64,000 nucleotides of DNA from Candidatus Woesearchaeota archaeon. Its GTDB lineage: Archaea > Nanobdellota > Nanobdellia > Woesearchaeales > JACJVV01. The translations under genes and the position numbers were made by a program. Positions within the stretch are counted from its first letter, which is position 1, and the number at the start of each line of letters is the position of its first letter. Below are positions 1-10,017 of the stretch, in pieces. Where the stretch lies: positions 77,561 to 141,560 of the forward strand of contig JBLKOM010000006.1 in assembly GCA_047602755.1 (NCBI GenBank), written 5' to 3'. The notes below the pieces were generated by a model, which was not told where the DNA came from, made no database searches, and worked only from the letters and a program-made list of their open reading frames with translations.

Positions 1-1
1 A

Positions 2-700
2 GGAAGTCATTGAACCAAATATATTCTCAGAAGGATTAGTTTCCAAATCAATTTTAATCTTACCATAATAATTTGAGATAATGCTAAGAATATTATTTGA
101 AGCATATGCAATATAATCTGAAGTAATTACATTGTTATCTATTTGATCAAAATAAAAATGAGGTACATCTTTTTTGTAATCATTTGAATAAAAAGAAGAA
201 TGTGGTATATTTATATCATCTGCAGTCCAAATCAAGCTATTATTATCAACATCGATAAATTCGTAACTTTTTTGTTTTTTACATGCAACAATTCCATTGT
301 CAAAAACATATGAAACAGCTCTATCTAGTGTTCCATGAAATCTTTCATTCTTATAAATTTCAGAATTATTTTCATGGGATATTATAGTATAATAATCATT
401 GTTTTTTGGTGATACAAAAACAAAACCATCTAAAGATTTTCTTGCTTTCTCAGAAAAATCATCTAAAGAAACAACAACATATTCTTTACAATAGTACCTC
501 GTTTGATTTGAACATACATTACTTTGAGAATATGAGAATGAGATTAACTGATTATTAACTATTATATGAGTATGTGTTTCTGATAGACTATGTTTAGCAG
601 TTCCATGCCTTAACAAATGCCTTCTTCTTGTAGGTTCTAATAAAACTGGAGAATTATTAAATTCACCTAAAACATCTTGAATTAAATCTTCAATATTCAT
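2..700 (-). CDS. Hypothetical protein, runs off the left edge of the window (not in the supplied ORF track)
   Basis: ATG at 700 on the minus strand; frame MNIEDLIQDVLGEFNNSPVLLEP... stays open to the window start. Confidence 0.7.
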   Translation of the reverse strand, partial: MNIEDLIQDVLGEFNNSPVLLEPTRRRHLLRHGTAKHSLSETHTHIIVNNQLISFSYSQSNVCSNQTRYYCKEYVVVSLDDFSEKARKSLDGFVFVSPKNNDYYTIISHENNSEIYKNERFHGTLDRAVSYVFDNGIVACKKQKSYEFIDVDNNSLIWTADDINIPHSSFYSNDYKKDVPHFYFDQIDNNVITSDYIAYASNNILSIISNYYGKIKIDLETNPSENIFGSMTS

Positions 701-813
701 ATATTAGAAGAATAAAAATGCAATTTTAAATTTTAGCATTTTATATGAATAAATAAGCATAAACTTTTATAAAAGATTCTGTTTTTTCTATATATCAAGA
801 ATATTATATTATT

Positions 814-910
814 GGTGACGTGGGACAATCTGGTACTCCGCTGGCCTTGAGTTTAAGGACAGAAAGCCAGTTTCCGCAAGGATTTCCCGGTTCAAATCCG
901 GGCGTCACCG
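814..910 (+). tRNA. tRNA-Ser(TGA) with a ~13-nt intron at position 37/38 (about 852-864)
   Basis: Acceptor stem GGTGACG/CGTCACC, anticodon stem CTGGC/GCCAG, loop CT-TGA-G|A after removing TTTAAGGACAGAA, long variable arm, T-arm CCCGG-TTCAAAT-CCGGG, discriminator G, no encoded CCA. Confidence 0.9.
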
Positions 911-1141
911 TTTTAGTTTTACAATATTGATGTGTTTTCTAAGGGATTTGAACCTCCGGTTCATGCACTCACTAACGTTCGGCAGTTTGTTCATAAAAAA
1001 TCACAAACAATCCGGGCGTCACCGTTTTAGTTTTACAATATTGATGTGTTTTCTAAGGGATTTGAACCTCCGGTTCATGCACTCACTAACGTTCGGCAGT
1101 TTGTTCATAAAAAATCACAAACAATCCGGGCGTCACCGTTT
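895..1141 (+). repeat. Perfect 114-bp tandem repeat (2.2 copies); each unit starts with the tRNA 3' end
   Basis: AATCCGGGCGTCACCGTTT starts at 895, 1009 and 1123; the intervening sequences are identical. Confidence 0.95.
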
Positions 1142-1193
1142 ATTTCTAAAAAAATTCAAAAAGTTTATATATTATCAAAATTAATTTTATTAT

Positions 1194-1442
1194 ATGGATT
1201 TTGACCTACAAAATTTTATGGATTGGTTTGATGAAAATAAAGAATGGATGTTAATACCTGTAGGAATTACTATAGGAGTAATATTAATTGGTTTTATAGT
1301 TATGCTTATTACGGGTAAAGAAGTTAGTACATTAGTGAAAACTATATTCATATTGCTTTTATTTGGATCACCTTTTATTGGATTTTATGTTGGAGAATAT
1401 GTTGATCCTTATATTGAGCTATTATTAGCTAAGTTGAAATGA
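1194..1442 (+). CDS. Small membrane protein (2 TM)
   Basis: 82-aa ORF with two hydrophobic segments, same strand as the tRNA and rpl35ae. Confidence 0.7.
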   Translation: MDFDLQNFMDWFDENKEWMLIPVGITIGVILIGFIVMLITGKEVSTLVKTIFILLLFGSPFIGFYVGEYVDPYIELLLAKLK

Positions 1443-1480
1443 CCATAACGTTTTTAAATAGTTCTAATTTCCCATAACCT

Positions 1481-1738
1481 ATGAAAGGAGTAATTGTTAA
1501 TTTTAGGGGAGGAAGACATACTCAATATAGTAATCATATGATTATAGTAGTAGATGGTGTAGAAAATAAAGAAAAAGCTACATCTTTAGTTGGTAAAAAA
1601 GTATCATGGAAAAGCCCAGCTGGGAAAGAGATTTTAGGTGAAATAAAATCTGCTCATGGTTCAAAAGGAGCTGTTAGAGCAATATTTGACTCTGGAATGC
1701 CAGGACAATCTGTAGGAAAACCTGTTTCTATAAATTAG
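1481..1738 (+). CDS. rpl35ae: 50S ribosomal protein L35Ae
   Basis: MKGVIVNFRGGRHTQ...GKKVSW...G.I..AHGSKGAVRAIF..GMPGQ family signature. Confidence 0.95.
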   Translation: MKGVIVNFRGGRHTQYSNHMIIVVDGVENKEKATSLVGKKVSWKSPAGKEILGEIKSAHGSKGAVRAIFDSGMPGQSVGKPVSIN

Positions 1739-1804
1739 ATCTGTTTTGTATTATACTTTATTTTAAATTTAAATAAATAAAATAATAAGAATTATTAAAT
1801 CAAT

Positions 1805-2734
1805 TTATGCAACATTCTTTAATCCTTTAGCTTCATCAACAAGGTGTTCCATAACTCTACATTCTTGATATTGCTTTAAAACATCATCATGGACTTTTTT
1901 ATGAAGTTTATCAACTATATCTTTATTTATTTTATCAATCTTATCTTGAGGAAAACCTGAAGCAAGAAGATTTTTCATTTGTTGTTGCTCACGTTCATCT
2001 AAAGATTCTAAACGATCTCTTATTTTTAATAGCATTCTTTCAACAAAAATTGCATCTGCTAAAATATTCTCTAATGCTACAACAAATCTTTTTTCAAAAA
2101 TATTAACTATTCTTCTAACATCTTTAGAATCAGCATGTTTTTTAAGTCGGTTTAAGTTTTTTTCCAATGATTTTTCTGCATCTCTTATTCGTGAAGATTG
2201 CCTTCGTAAATCTTTAGCACGCAAACGCATTTGGAAATAAATTGCAACTAATTCTTGAATCATAAAATCTTTAAGCATCTCTCTACCAATTTTCTCTCTT
2301 CTTACTTGTTGAGCCATCTCTTCAACTTTTCTTTGTAAAATAGGAATCCATTGATTATATTTTTCAGGTATTTTTTGTAATTCTTTAGCAAGATCAGGAG
2401 GTAACTGAACTTTACTTATTACTTTATTAAAAGCATCATGGAAGTTATCAAGAATTTCTAATGCACGAAATTCTAAAACAGAAACATCTTCATCTACATG
2501 CATAATATGGTTTTCAGCATTCTCTTCTTCCTTAAAGAATTTATTTATAGCAGCAAGAACAGCATCAATGTTTACATCATCATCAGCATCTTTTAATTGT
2601 TTCATAGCATCATTTAATGCTTGAAATTCTTTTTTAATATCCCTAATATGATGCTTTGCACCTAATCCATAAATAAAATTAGGTAAAATATGTGTCATCT
2701 TTAAACTTAATTCTTGAGTTGTTCTTGTTGGCAT
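1805..2734 (-). CDS. Hypothetical alpha-helical/coiled-coil protein, last gene of a 7-gene operon
   Basis: 309-aa charged helical ORF; AGGTGA SD upstream. Confidence 0.8.
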   Translation of the reverse strand: MPTRTTQELSLKMTHILPNFIYGLGAKHHIRDIKKEFQALNDAMKQLKDADDDVNIDAVLAAINKFFKEEENAENHIMHVDEDVSVLEFRALEILDNFHDAFNKVISKVQLPPDLAKELQKIPEKYNQWIPILQRKVEEMAQQVRREKIGREMLKDFMIQELVAIYFQMRLRAKDLRRQSSRIRDAEKSLEKNLNRLKKHADSKDVRRIVNIFEKRFVVALENILADAIFVERMLLKIRDRLESLDEREQQQMKNLLASGFPQDKIDKINKDIVDKLHKKVHDDVLKQYQECRVMEHLVDEAKGLKNVA

Positions 2735-2749
2735 TTAGTATCACCTGTA

Positions 2750-3916
2750 TTATGCAGCTTTTTGCATGGTTAATTGATTTTCAAAATTTTCTATTTCTTG
2801 TTGTGTTTGAGATGAATATCTTTGTACTACAGCAAACATATTCTTTGCATTAATTAATTTATCTCTAATAGATTGCATGTAATAAATCAATGAATCAAAT
2901 AATTTAATAATATCAGTTGCACCTGATTTTACTTGTTGTTGGAATTTTTCTGAATTCTTCATTATTTTATTTATTGCTTTTACTGAGCTTGAAAATTGAG
3001 TCAGTAATGATGGTTTATCTTTTGAGTCTATTACGATTAATTCAAGATTAAGTATTGTCTGCCTTAGTTTAATATTTCTATCTCGTATTGTATGTAATAA
3101 TGCATCTAATTTTAATTTTAATTCAGGTGTTTCATTTAATCTAAATTGATCAAGACTTGCAGACTCAGACTCTAAATCCTTTTTAAGCTTACTAAGTTTT
3201 CTTAATTGATATATTAATGCTTTTTTAATTTGTGAGAATTTTAATTCTGGTGCTTTTAATAACTCTGGTAGTTCTTTCATTTTTGCTGCTAATGCATATT
3301 TTGCACGAGAATCATGAGCTTGTCTTAATGCTTCTTCAATCCCAGCTAAGATACTAACTACTTCTTCTATTTGTGATATATCTTGTTGAAGTTGTGAGTC
3401 TTGTTTGAATGTTGGATTATCAAGTAATGATTGTTCTGTTTTAAGAATTGAATCATGCTTAATTGGTTGATGTTCAATAGATTTCTTAGTTAAGGAGATA
3501 TTAATAGGAATATTCAGCTGCTTACTTCTTGATATCATAGCCTCACCACGGTGATTAAGATGATAAATATAAACTTCGAGATTTAATTTATCCGCTTTAT
3601 ACTTATCAGGAATATCCATTTCAACATGAAATGTTAAAGCATTTTTTCTATCAACATTAACTAAATAACCAGTAATTTGTTGATTCTTATTTGTTGGAAC
3701 TGCTTGTAATTTAATCTCTTGTTTTTTTTTTGCTATAATTCCTTTTGTAATATAAGCAAAATATTTAACATAATTTAATGGACTACCATCTGCTAAAGTT
3801 CGTAAGTATGCTACAAATTTATCTTGAGTTATTTGCTTGGGTTGTGAAGATGAATCTACTACAGCTATATTAGGTAACATATTGTCCGTTATTTTTATTT
3901 TAAATTTTGCTATCAT
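2750..3916 (-). CDS. Hypothetical protein with beta-rich N-terminus and coiled-coil C-terminus
   Basis: 388-aa ORF, tightly packed in the operon. Confidence 0.8.
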   Translation of the reverse strand: MIAKFKIKITDNMLPNIAVVDSSSQPKQITQDKFVAYLRTLADGSPLNYVKYFAYITKGIIAKKKQEIKLQAVPTNKNQQITGYLVNVDRKNALTFHVEMDIPDKYKADKLNLEVYIYHLNHRGEAMISRSKQLNIPINISLTKKSIEHQPIKHDSILKTEQSLLDNPTFKQDSQLQQDISQIEEVVSILAGIEEALRQAHDSRAKYALAAKMKELPELLKAPELKFSQIKKALIYQLRKLSKLKKDLESESASLDQFRLNETPELKLKLDALLHTIRDRNIKLRQTILNLELIVIDSKDKPSLLTQFSSSVKAINKIMKNSEKFQQQVKSGATDIIKLFDSLIYYMQSIRDKLINAKNMFAVVQRYSSQTQQEIENFENQLTMQKAA

Positions 3917-3920
3917 TTTG

Positions 3921-4121
3921 TTATGCTCTTTCTTGCTCTCCTTCTACTTTAAAATCAGAGTTACTATCTGAGTCTTCAGATGTATTATTTCCATTTAATA
4001 TATTATTTAATTCAGTTTCATTTTTAATTTTAAATAAATTATTAACTCTTTCTATATCCGTAGCACTACTTACATTTCCTAAATATTTAGTTAACATTTG
4101 ATTAAAATTATCTTCTACCAT
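3921..4121 (-). CDS. Small acidic hypothetical protein (66 aa, start MVEDNF)
   Basis: ATG at 4121, 1 nt after the upstream stop, with a GGAG SD; exactly fills the operon gap. Confidence 0.6.
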   Translation of the reverse strand: MVEDNFNQMLTKYLGNVSSATDIERVNNLFKIKNETELNNILNGNNTSEDSDSNSDFKVEGEQERA

Positions 4122-4122
4122 A

Positions 4123-5754
4123 TTAATTATTTCTCCATAAAATAAAAGGATTGAAATTAAAATCAAGTACACCTTGATTTTTTAATTGAGTTTTAATAGT
4201 ATCAGTAGGATTATCAGCATGTTGAATAATTAAATTATTAATTGCATCTAATTCATTATTATCCATTTCTTTATCTAATACAGCTACAAATACTCTTAAA
4301 AAACACATCATAGGATTATCATGTTTATTAACATTAAATATAGGGCTAATTATAACTTTTGGATTACTATAAAAATTATGACAAAAATGATCATCATAAA
4401 CTAATTTTTGAATAGATTTATTTTCATATTTAAAACTAATACTTAAATTTGTTATCTTTAATCTATTATTAAGTTCATGTTTGGTTAATATTTTTGGATT
4501 ATCAAAACCTAATGTGTTGTAATAAGACACAAAAAATACATGATAATGTTTTTTGCCAATTCCTTTTTTAATATGAAAATTAGAATCTTCATTGGAAATA
4601 TTATTACTTATAACATTCATTATTTTTGGAACTGAACCAAAAGGATTATCTAAAGAAGAATTATGAACCTTAATAGTTGTACTCTCAATTAAAACAACTT
4701 TAGAATTATTATCACCTTCATTTATTTCTTTACTTAATATAATATTATTATGTGCTTCTTTAGAAAAATCTGCAATTTGAACAAAAGGAGAAAAGAATTC
4801 TAGTTTTGCTTTTTTATAACCACTATCTTTTAATACAAGTGATTCAATAGATTCAATTTTTGAACCTTCTGGAATATCTTTAAATTCAAAATAACCATCT
4901 TTATCAGCAATAGTAAAAGTAGTTACATCTGGAAGAGTTTTTTGTTGCATATGTTTTTCAGAATTACTTATTTTAAGTTTAATTATATGACCATTTAATC
5001 CAATAGATAAAGGAGTTCTACTACCATCATTACCTGCATAAACATCTTTTGCCCAGTCTAATGCATGTGTATTATCATATTGAATTGGATTTGGACAATC
5101 TGTAATAGTTTCTTTAGTAACAAGTCTACCTTTAATTGTAAATTTTTCTTTACTTTTTCCACCTACATCCCATCTAGTCCATTTCCATCTTAAATCTTCA
5201 TCGTGGATAACTCCAAGTTTATCAAAGAATTTATCAACATCTAATATTTTTTTAAAGGAACCTCTAAATATGTCTTTTAATCTAGGACTTTTTTTTGCTG
5301 CCTTATAAATTTCATTAATCTGATGCTGTTTTGCTCTTGCGGCTCCTAAACCAATTACAGGATATTGTTGAAGTATAGATTCTGGAATTTCTTGAAATTC
5401 ATCTTCAAATGGATGATTAAGTAAAGTTATACCTTGCATACCAAGGAAGTGACCATGAACAAATCCTCCAAATTTAACATTTCCTTCAATTTCACCAGGC
5501 TGTTTTGTTTGCTGTTCTCTTGATGTTACTTGATCAACATTTCCTATTTCTCTAGGATACTTACCACTATTATTTAGCTTTCTAAAAGCCTCATCAGCAT
5601 CACTAGCTTCAAATCCCCACCAAGTATAAAAGAAAATCTCATTTTTTTGCTTTTCTAATTTCTCAACAGGATCTTGCTCATTAGGATTTTCAACTACTTC
5701 ATCAATAACATCTTCAATTATTTCATTCAAGTTGTTAAAATTGTTGTCTGGCAT
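4123..5754 (-). CDS. Hypothetical protein with a probable carboxypeptidase-regulatory/prealbumin-like beta domain
   Basis: 543 aa; FTIKGRLV...ADKDGYFEFKDIPEG pattern. Confidence 0.7.
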   Translation of the reverse strand: MPDNNFNNLNEIIEDVIDEVVENPNEQDPVEKLEKQKNEIFFYTWWGFEASDADEAFRKLNNSGKYPREIGNVDQVTSREQQTKQPGEIEGNVKFGGFVHGHFLGMQGITLLNHPFEDEFQEIPESILQQYPVIGLGAARAKQHQINEIYKAAKKSPRLKDIFRGSFKKILDVDKFFDKLGVIHDEDLRWKWTRWDVGGKSKEKFTIKGRLVTKETITDCPNPIQYDNTHALDWAKDVYAGNDGSRTPLSIGLNGHIIKLKISNSEKHMQQKTLPDVTTFTIADKDGYFEFKDIPEGSKIESIESLVLKDSGYKKAKLEFFSPFVQIADFSKEAHNNIILSKEINEGDNNSKVVLIESTTIKVHNSSLDNPFGSVPKIMNVISNNISNEDSNFHIKKGIGKKHYHVFFVSYYNTLGFDNPKILTKHELNNRLKITNLSISFKYENKSIQKLVYDDHFCHNFYSNPKVIISPIFNVNKHDNPMMCFLRVFVAVLDKEMDNNELDAINNLIIQHADNPTDTIKTQLKNQGVLDFNFNPFILWRNN

Positions 5755-5757
5755 TTT

Positions 5758-8391
5758 TTATAAATTCTCAATTCTATTTTTTACTAAGCTATATAATACT
5801 TTGAAAAACTCAATGGTATCATCCATGTTATCTTTATTTCTAAAACTCTTTTTTATCTCTAATTGCATTGAGTCTACACCAGTTTCTTTATTGATAAATT
5901 TAGTTACTGTTTCATCAGTATTAGCTCCAAAACGATCATTCAAAACAACAGAATATTTTCCATTGTTGCTTAATATAGGAATAAGAGTATCTTCAACTAA
6001 AGTTTTATCTTTTGTATCATTTTTTGCTGTTCCAATATATATATCATGATCATGATTATTATTACACCCATGTAAATCTATTACCAATATTGACCTATTC
6101 ATAGTAACATAATTAATTAAACTTTGTTTGTATGATAAAATTTGACGATTAGAATCATCAACTTCCCCCAAAATATTTTTATCTTTAGAAGATGAATTAG
6201 AAGATTCATAATTAAAATAATTAGCATCTCTAGACTTAGCACTAGTATAAATAATTGGGCAATCTAATAATTCATTTAATAATAAAGCAAATGCACCAGT
6301 CATCTCATCTGAATTATGTTCTATTATTTCTCCATTTTTTTTATCAGTTCTCCTTATACTCCTAACATTATGCGGGGCTGATAAAATAACTTTTGATTTT
6401 CTTCCTGTAATTAATTTAAAAGATTTTGATGTAATTTCTATTTGATTATTATTTTTAGTAGATGAATTAAAATAATCTAGTAATTTATTTTTTAATTCAT
6501 TATCTGATGGCAATTTATTAGTAATTTTTTTAGATGCCATCGTAGTAGTAGTATTTTTAGTGGTTGTATTAGAAGGCTTTTTAGTAGAAGTGATTTTAGA
6601 TAAAGGAATTTTTCCTGTATTGAAATAAATAACTAAATCATATAATGCTTTAAATAAATTAAAAAGTTTTTTTCGAGCTGATTTATTTCTATAAGAATTG
6701 CTTAATTGTAACTCTATAGGTATAAAATCAGGATTTTTTAATCTATTACTATAATAAATAATATCAATTACTGGATTTTTTGAAATTTCTTTATTAGTAG
6801 GTTCAAGTTTAATATTATAATAATTAAAAATATCAATTATATCTTTTTGAATTTTTTTAGATAAATTGTTTGCCCTAAGAAATATTTTATCTTCAGAACT
6901 AATTATACCAATTATATTTATTAAATATTTTTTATCTTCAATAATTTCTAATAATTTAGCTTTATATGGTAGCATTCCATTATTTATGTTATCTTCAATA
7001 GTAAAAGCACTAATATCATCAAAATTAGTTGTTACAGAATTACAATCAAATGATTCTGGATCTCTTGATTTTAAATCTGAATATATTATCGGGCAGTCAG
7101 CATATGCCTGTAAAAGAATAGCAAATGCACCAGTAAATAAATCAGGATTACGTTCTTTTGTTTTTTTACCATCAAAATATAAATAAGATGAATAGTGAGG
7201 TGCTGATATAACTACTGAACTTGTACCATCATAATTTTTAAAAGAAGCATCAGGAAAAGATAGTTTATCAAAATCTTTAGATTTCCAATCATTAATTAGC
7301 CTATTAACAATAGCATTCTCATTTTTATCAAAATCATGAGTCACTTTTTCGGATGATGAAGAAGAAGGTAAATTATTAAATCCTTGTAAAATTAATATAC
7401 CTAGTTCTTTAAAAGTATCATAATTATTATTAGAAGAATTTAAAATACTTTTTATTTTATCTTTATATTCATCTTGAACTTTCTCTATTTTCTCATTAAG
7501 TGAATCTTTTTGTCTAAAAGTTTCAAACCCAATACGATAACTGAAAATATCATGATGTGTTTTTTTATCATCTATTTTAGAAGTATCTTTTGCTAAAAAT
7601 GGCATAACCCATGAAATACTTTTTGTTTTATAATTAATATTTAGACCTAACTGATTTAATTTATTAATACAACTATCTCTTATAACAGTTGCTATTTCTG
7701 AAGCTTTTTCTAAATCTTTTTCATTTAATTTGCTTAAATTTACAGCACATGTTTTTACATGTGTATTTTGTACTGCCTTTCGATAATAGCTTTCATCCTC
7801 ACCTAAATCTTGATATGCAAGATATTTTCTTATTATTTCAAGAATCTTTTTATTTGTCTCATTCCCTTCATTACTCGGCCTATTATTTGAACTAGATTCT
7901 TCTTCTTTTACTTGTTGTTGTTCCTGGTGGATGTCAGGGGCTTTATATCCAATATCAGAGATAAATTTATTTAAAATATTGTCAAATAAAGTATGTAAAT
8001 GATTCTTAAATCTACCACTTCTTACAATTTCCCATAATTCTTTTTTAGATTCATTTTTTGGTTTCTTATTATTTGGATTATATTGACTTTTGAAAAAATC
8101 TTTAATACCTAGATGAATATGTTTTTTAAAATAATTTTCAGTTTTTTCTAGAATATCATTGATTTCTCTATCATCAAAAATAAAATTATTATTATGATAT
8201 AAATAATAATGCGCTGTTTGAAATGATGGATTGTTCTTTTGAGTATTTAGATTTGATTTGAATTGTTCTCTTAACTCAGAGAAAGAATATTCATTATTAG
8301 CTTTAAGTTTTCTAATTAAATAAATCATATACCAACGTTTTATAGTTCTAGTTGCTACATTTCCTGCATCTCTTTTTTTAGTAAAAAACAT
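5758..8391 (-). CDS. Large protein with two N-formylglutamate amidohydrolase / Zn-exopeptidase-fold domains
   Basis: Two copies of V(I/V)(L/I)SAPH...D..TGAFA.LL...DCPIIY; the second copy has DLHG, DIYIGT and QLEI, the first lacks DLHG. Confidence 0.7.
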   Translation of the reverse strand: MFFTKKRDAGNVATRTIKRWYMIYLIRKLKANNEYSFSELREQFKSNLNTQKNNPSFQTAHYYLYHNNNFIFDDREINDILEKTENYFKKHIHLGIKDFFKSQYNPNNKKPKNESKKELWEIVRSGRFKNHLHTLFDNILNKFISDIGYKAPDIHQEQQQVKEEESSSNNRPSNEGNETNKKILEIIRKYLAYQDLGEDESYYRKAVQNTHVKTCAVNLSKLNEKDLEKASEIATVIRDSCINKLNQLGLNINYKTKSISWVMPFLAKDTSKIDDKKTHHDIFSYRIGFETFRQKDSLNEKIEKVQDEYKDKIKSILNSSNNNYDTFKELGILILQGFNNLPSSSSSEKVTHDFDKNENAIVNRLINDWKSKDFDKLSFPDASFKNYDGTSSVVISAPHYSSYLYFDGKKTKERNPDLFTGAFAILLQAYADCPIIYSDLKSRDPESFDCNSVTTNFDDISAFTIEDNINNGMLPYKAKLLEIIEDKKYLINIIGIISSEDKIFLRANNLSKKIQKDIIDIFNYYNIKLEPTNKEISKNPVIDIIYYSNRLKNPDFIPIELQLSNSYRNKSARKKLFNLFKALYDLVIYFNTGKIPLSKITSTKKPSNTTTKNTTTTMASKKITNKLPSDNELKNKLLDYFNSSTKNNNQIEITSKSFKLITGRKSKVILSAPHNVRSIRRTDKKNGEIIEHNSDEMTGAFALLLNELLDCPIIYTSAKSRDANYFNYESSNSSSKDKNILGEVDDSNRQILSYKQSLINYVTMNRSILVIDLHGCNNNHDHDIYIGTAKNDTKDKTLVEDTLIPILSNNGKYSVVLNDRFGANTDETVTKFINKETGVDSMQLEIKKSFRNKDNMDDTIEFFKVLYSLVKNRIENL

Positions 8392-8416
8392 ATTTTCTCC
8401 TCATTTTTTAAATAGC

Positions 8417-10012
8417 CTAAATACTTCGTTTTCTTGTATGTGAACTTATTTCTCCTTTTGTTTTTATTTTTTTATTACCATTACCTAAATCTTCGAATTT
8501 AACATGATGTATTGAAGGCTCAAAACCCCATGCATCTTCTGATTTAAAATTAAGTTGAATAGATTTCATTCCTTTATATCCTGAAGGAAGCCTGAATTGC
8601 ATATGTGCTTCAAACTTTAATTTTTTATTTGTAAATAAATCTTTTATGAAACCAACTTTATTTCGACTTTTGTATTTTTCATCTTTGCTTAAATCATAAG
8701 TTACATCAATAAATACATTTTTATTTACTGGGAGTATATAATAATCATCAGATGGAACTACTCCATTAGTGTCAGTTGGCTGATCTGGGTATTTATAACC
8801 AGCAGATGTTACAGAAACCATAGCACCTTGAACATTCTCATTATCTTCATTTTTTACATGAACTTTCAATAAAGCAACTTCTGAGTTTTCTTCTAAAACT
8901 CTATCAGATGTATCATCAAAATCATCATCATCTGTACCATCTTTTTTGCCTTTCTTTTTAGTACTTTTCTTTTTTGTTTTATCATCATAATCATCTAATG
9001 ATTTATCTCCTTTAGATACAACAATTCCTTTAATTGTTTTATTTTTCTTTATTTTAAATGGTGGTTTTTTACCTCTATGGTCATTATGTCCATTATATGA
9101 ATTCCAATAAGGGTCATTATTAGCAATTACAACATCAACAACAACTTCTTTATCTTCAACATCTTTTATTACTATTGCAAAATTACCCACTCCATTTGAA
9201 CGAGCTCTTGCTAGAGTATTACCAGAAGAATCTAATGCTTCAACAATAGTTGAGACTGGTTCATTATCATCATTAAGTACTTTACCAATTAATGTAACTT
9301 TTCCTTTAGCACCTTTACCATCTGATCCACCGCCTGAGCCTCCACCTGAACCACTACCTGAACCATCACCTGAATCACTACCTGAACCATCACCTGAATC
9401 CCCACCTTTTTTTCTAAACATCCACATTGCTAACCAAACAAAAGTTATAAGCCAGCCCAATGCAAAAAGTGGGGAACCTCTTCTACCCATTAACCATCCA
9501 TAAAAAATCATAGTTAAAGCAGCTCCTATTAATGCTTTTTTCCATCTATCATCTTCAGGATCAGCATCTTTTAAGCCGAAGTAGGTCATTGCAAATATTA
9601 ATAATGATAATAATATCCCACCAAGTATTGCATATGGTCCAAGTATACTATCAAGTGCTTCACTAACACTCACTGCTCCACCATTTAAGAATATTAAACC
9701 AAAAATACCTAATGATGATAGGATTGCTAAACATAAAGAAACAATTTTTCCATATTTATTTGTTGGGGAGCCACTAAAAACTGGAATTTTACCCATTAAT
9801 GGAACAAAAATATTATAGAACATTATTGTGAATATAATGACTGTTATTCCAAAAACAGCATAATCATTAGTTAATAATTGTTCTAAAAATACTCCACCAG
9901 TATTAAAAACATTCAAGAATTCTTGCATACCTGGATTTGCTAAGACTGGCTTTGAAAATAGTGTTAAAATTAGTGTGTAAAATACATTTTTCATCCATCT
10001 AGCAGTTCTCAT
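8417..10012 (-). CDS. Multi-pass membrane protein with a Gly/Ser linker and two prealbumin/Ig-like domains
   Basis: About 5-6 TM segments, GDSGDGSGS linker, then VTLIGKVLNDDNEPV and LKVHVKNEDNENVQGAMVSV...TDTNG repeats. Confidence 0.75.
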   Translation of the reverse strand: MRTARWMKNVFYTLILTLFSKPVLANPGMQEFLNVFNTGGVFLEQLLTNDYAVFGITVIIFTIMFYNIFVPLMGKIPVFSGSPTNKYGKIVSLCLAILSSLGIFGLIFLNGGAVSVSEALDSILGPYAILGGILLSLLIFAMTYFGLKDADPEDDRWKKALIGAALTMIFYGWLMGRRGSPLFALGWLITFVWLAMWMFRKKGGDSGDGSGSDSGDGSGSGSGGGSGGGSDGKGAKGKVTLIGKVLNDDNEPVSTIVEALDSSGNTLARARSNGVGNFAIVIKDVEDKEVVVDVVIANNDPYWNSYNGHNDHRGKKPPFKIKKNKTIKGIVVSKGDKSLDDYDDKTKKKSTKKKGKKDGTDDDDFDDTSDRVLEENSEVALLKVHVKNEDNENVQGAMVSVTSAGYKYPDQPTDTNGVVPSDDYYILPVNKNVFIDVTYDLSKDEKYKSRNKVGFIKDLFTNKKLKFEAHMQFRLPSGYKGMKSIQLNFKSEDAWGFEPSIHHVKFEDLGNGNKKIKTKGEISSHTRKRSI

Positions 10013-10017
10013 CTTAC

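Noticed and set aside
895..1141. CRISPR array or prophage att site
   Set aside because: The intervening sequences are identical rather than unique spacers; no cas or integrase gene is in the window
927..1184. 85-aa ORF with an internal duplication
   Set aside because: Artefact of the 114-bp (multiple of 3) tRNA-linked repeat; no SD and no protein-like features
9320..9405. 24-bp nucleotide repeat as a separate DNA element
   Set aside because: Fully explained by the Gly/Ser/Asp linker of the 8417-10012 protein
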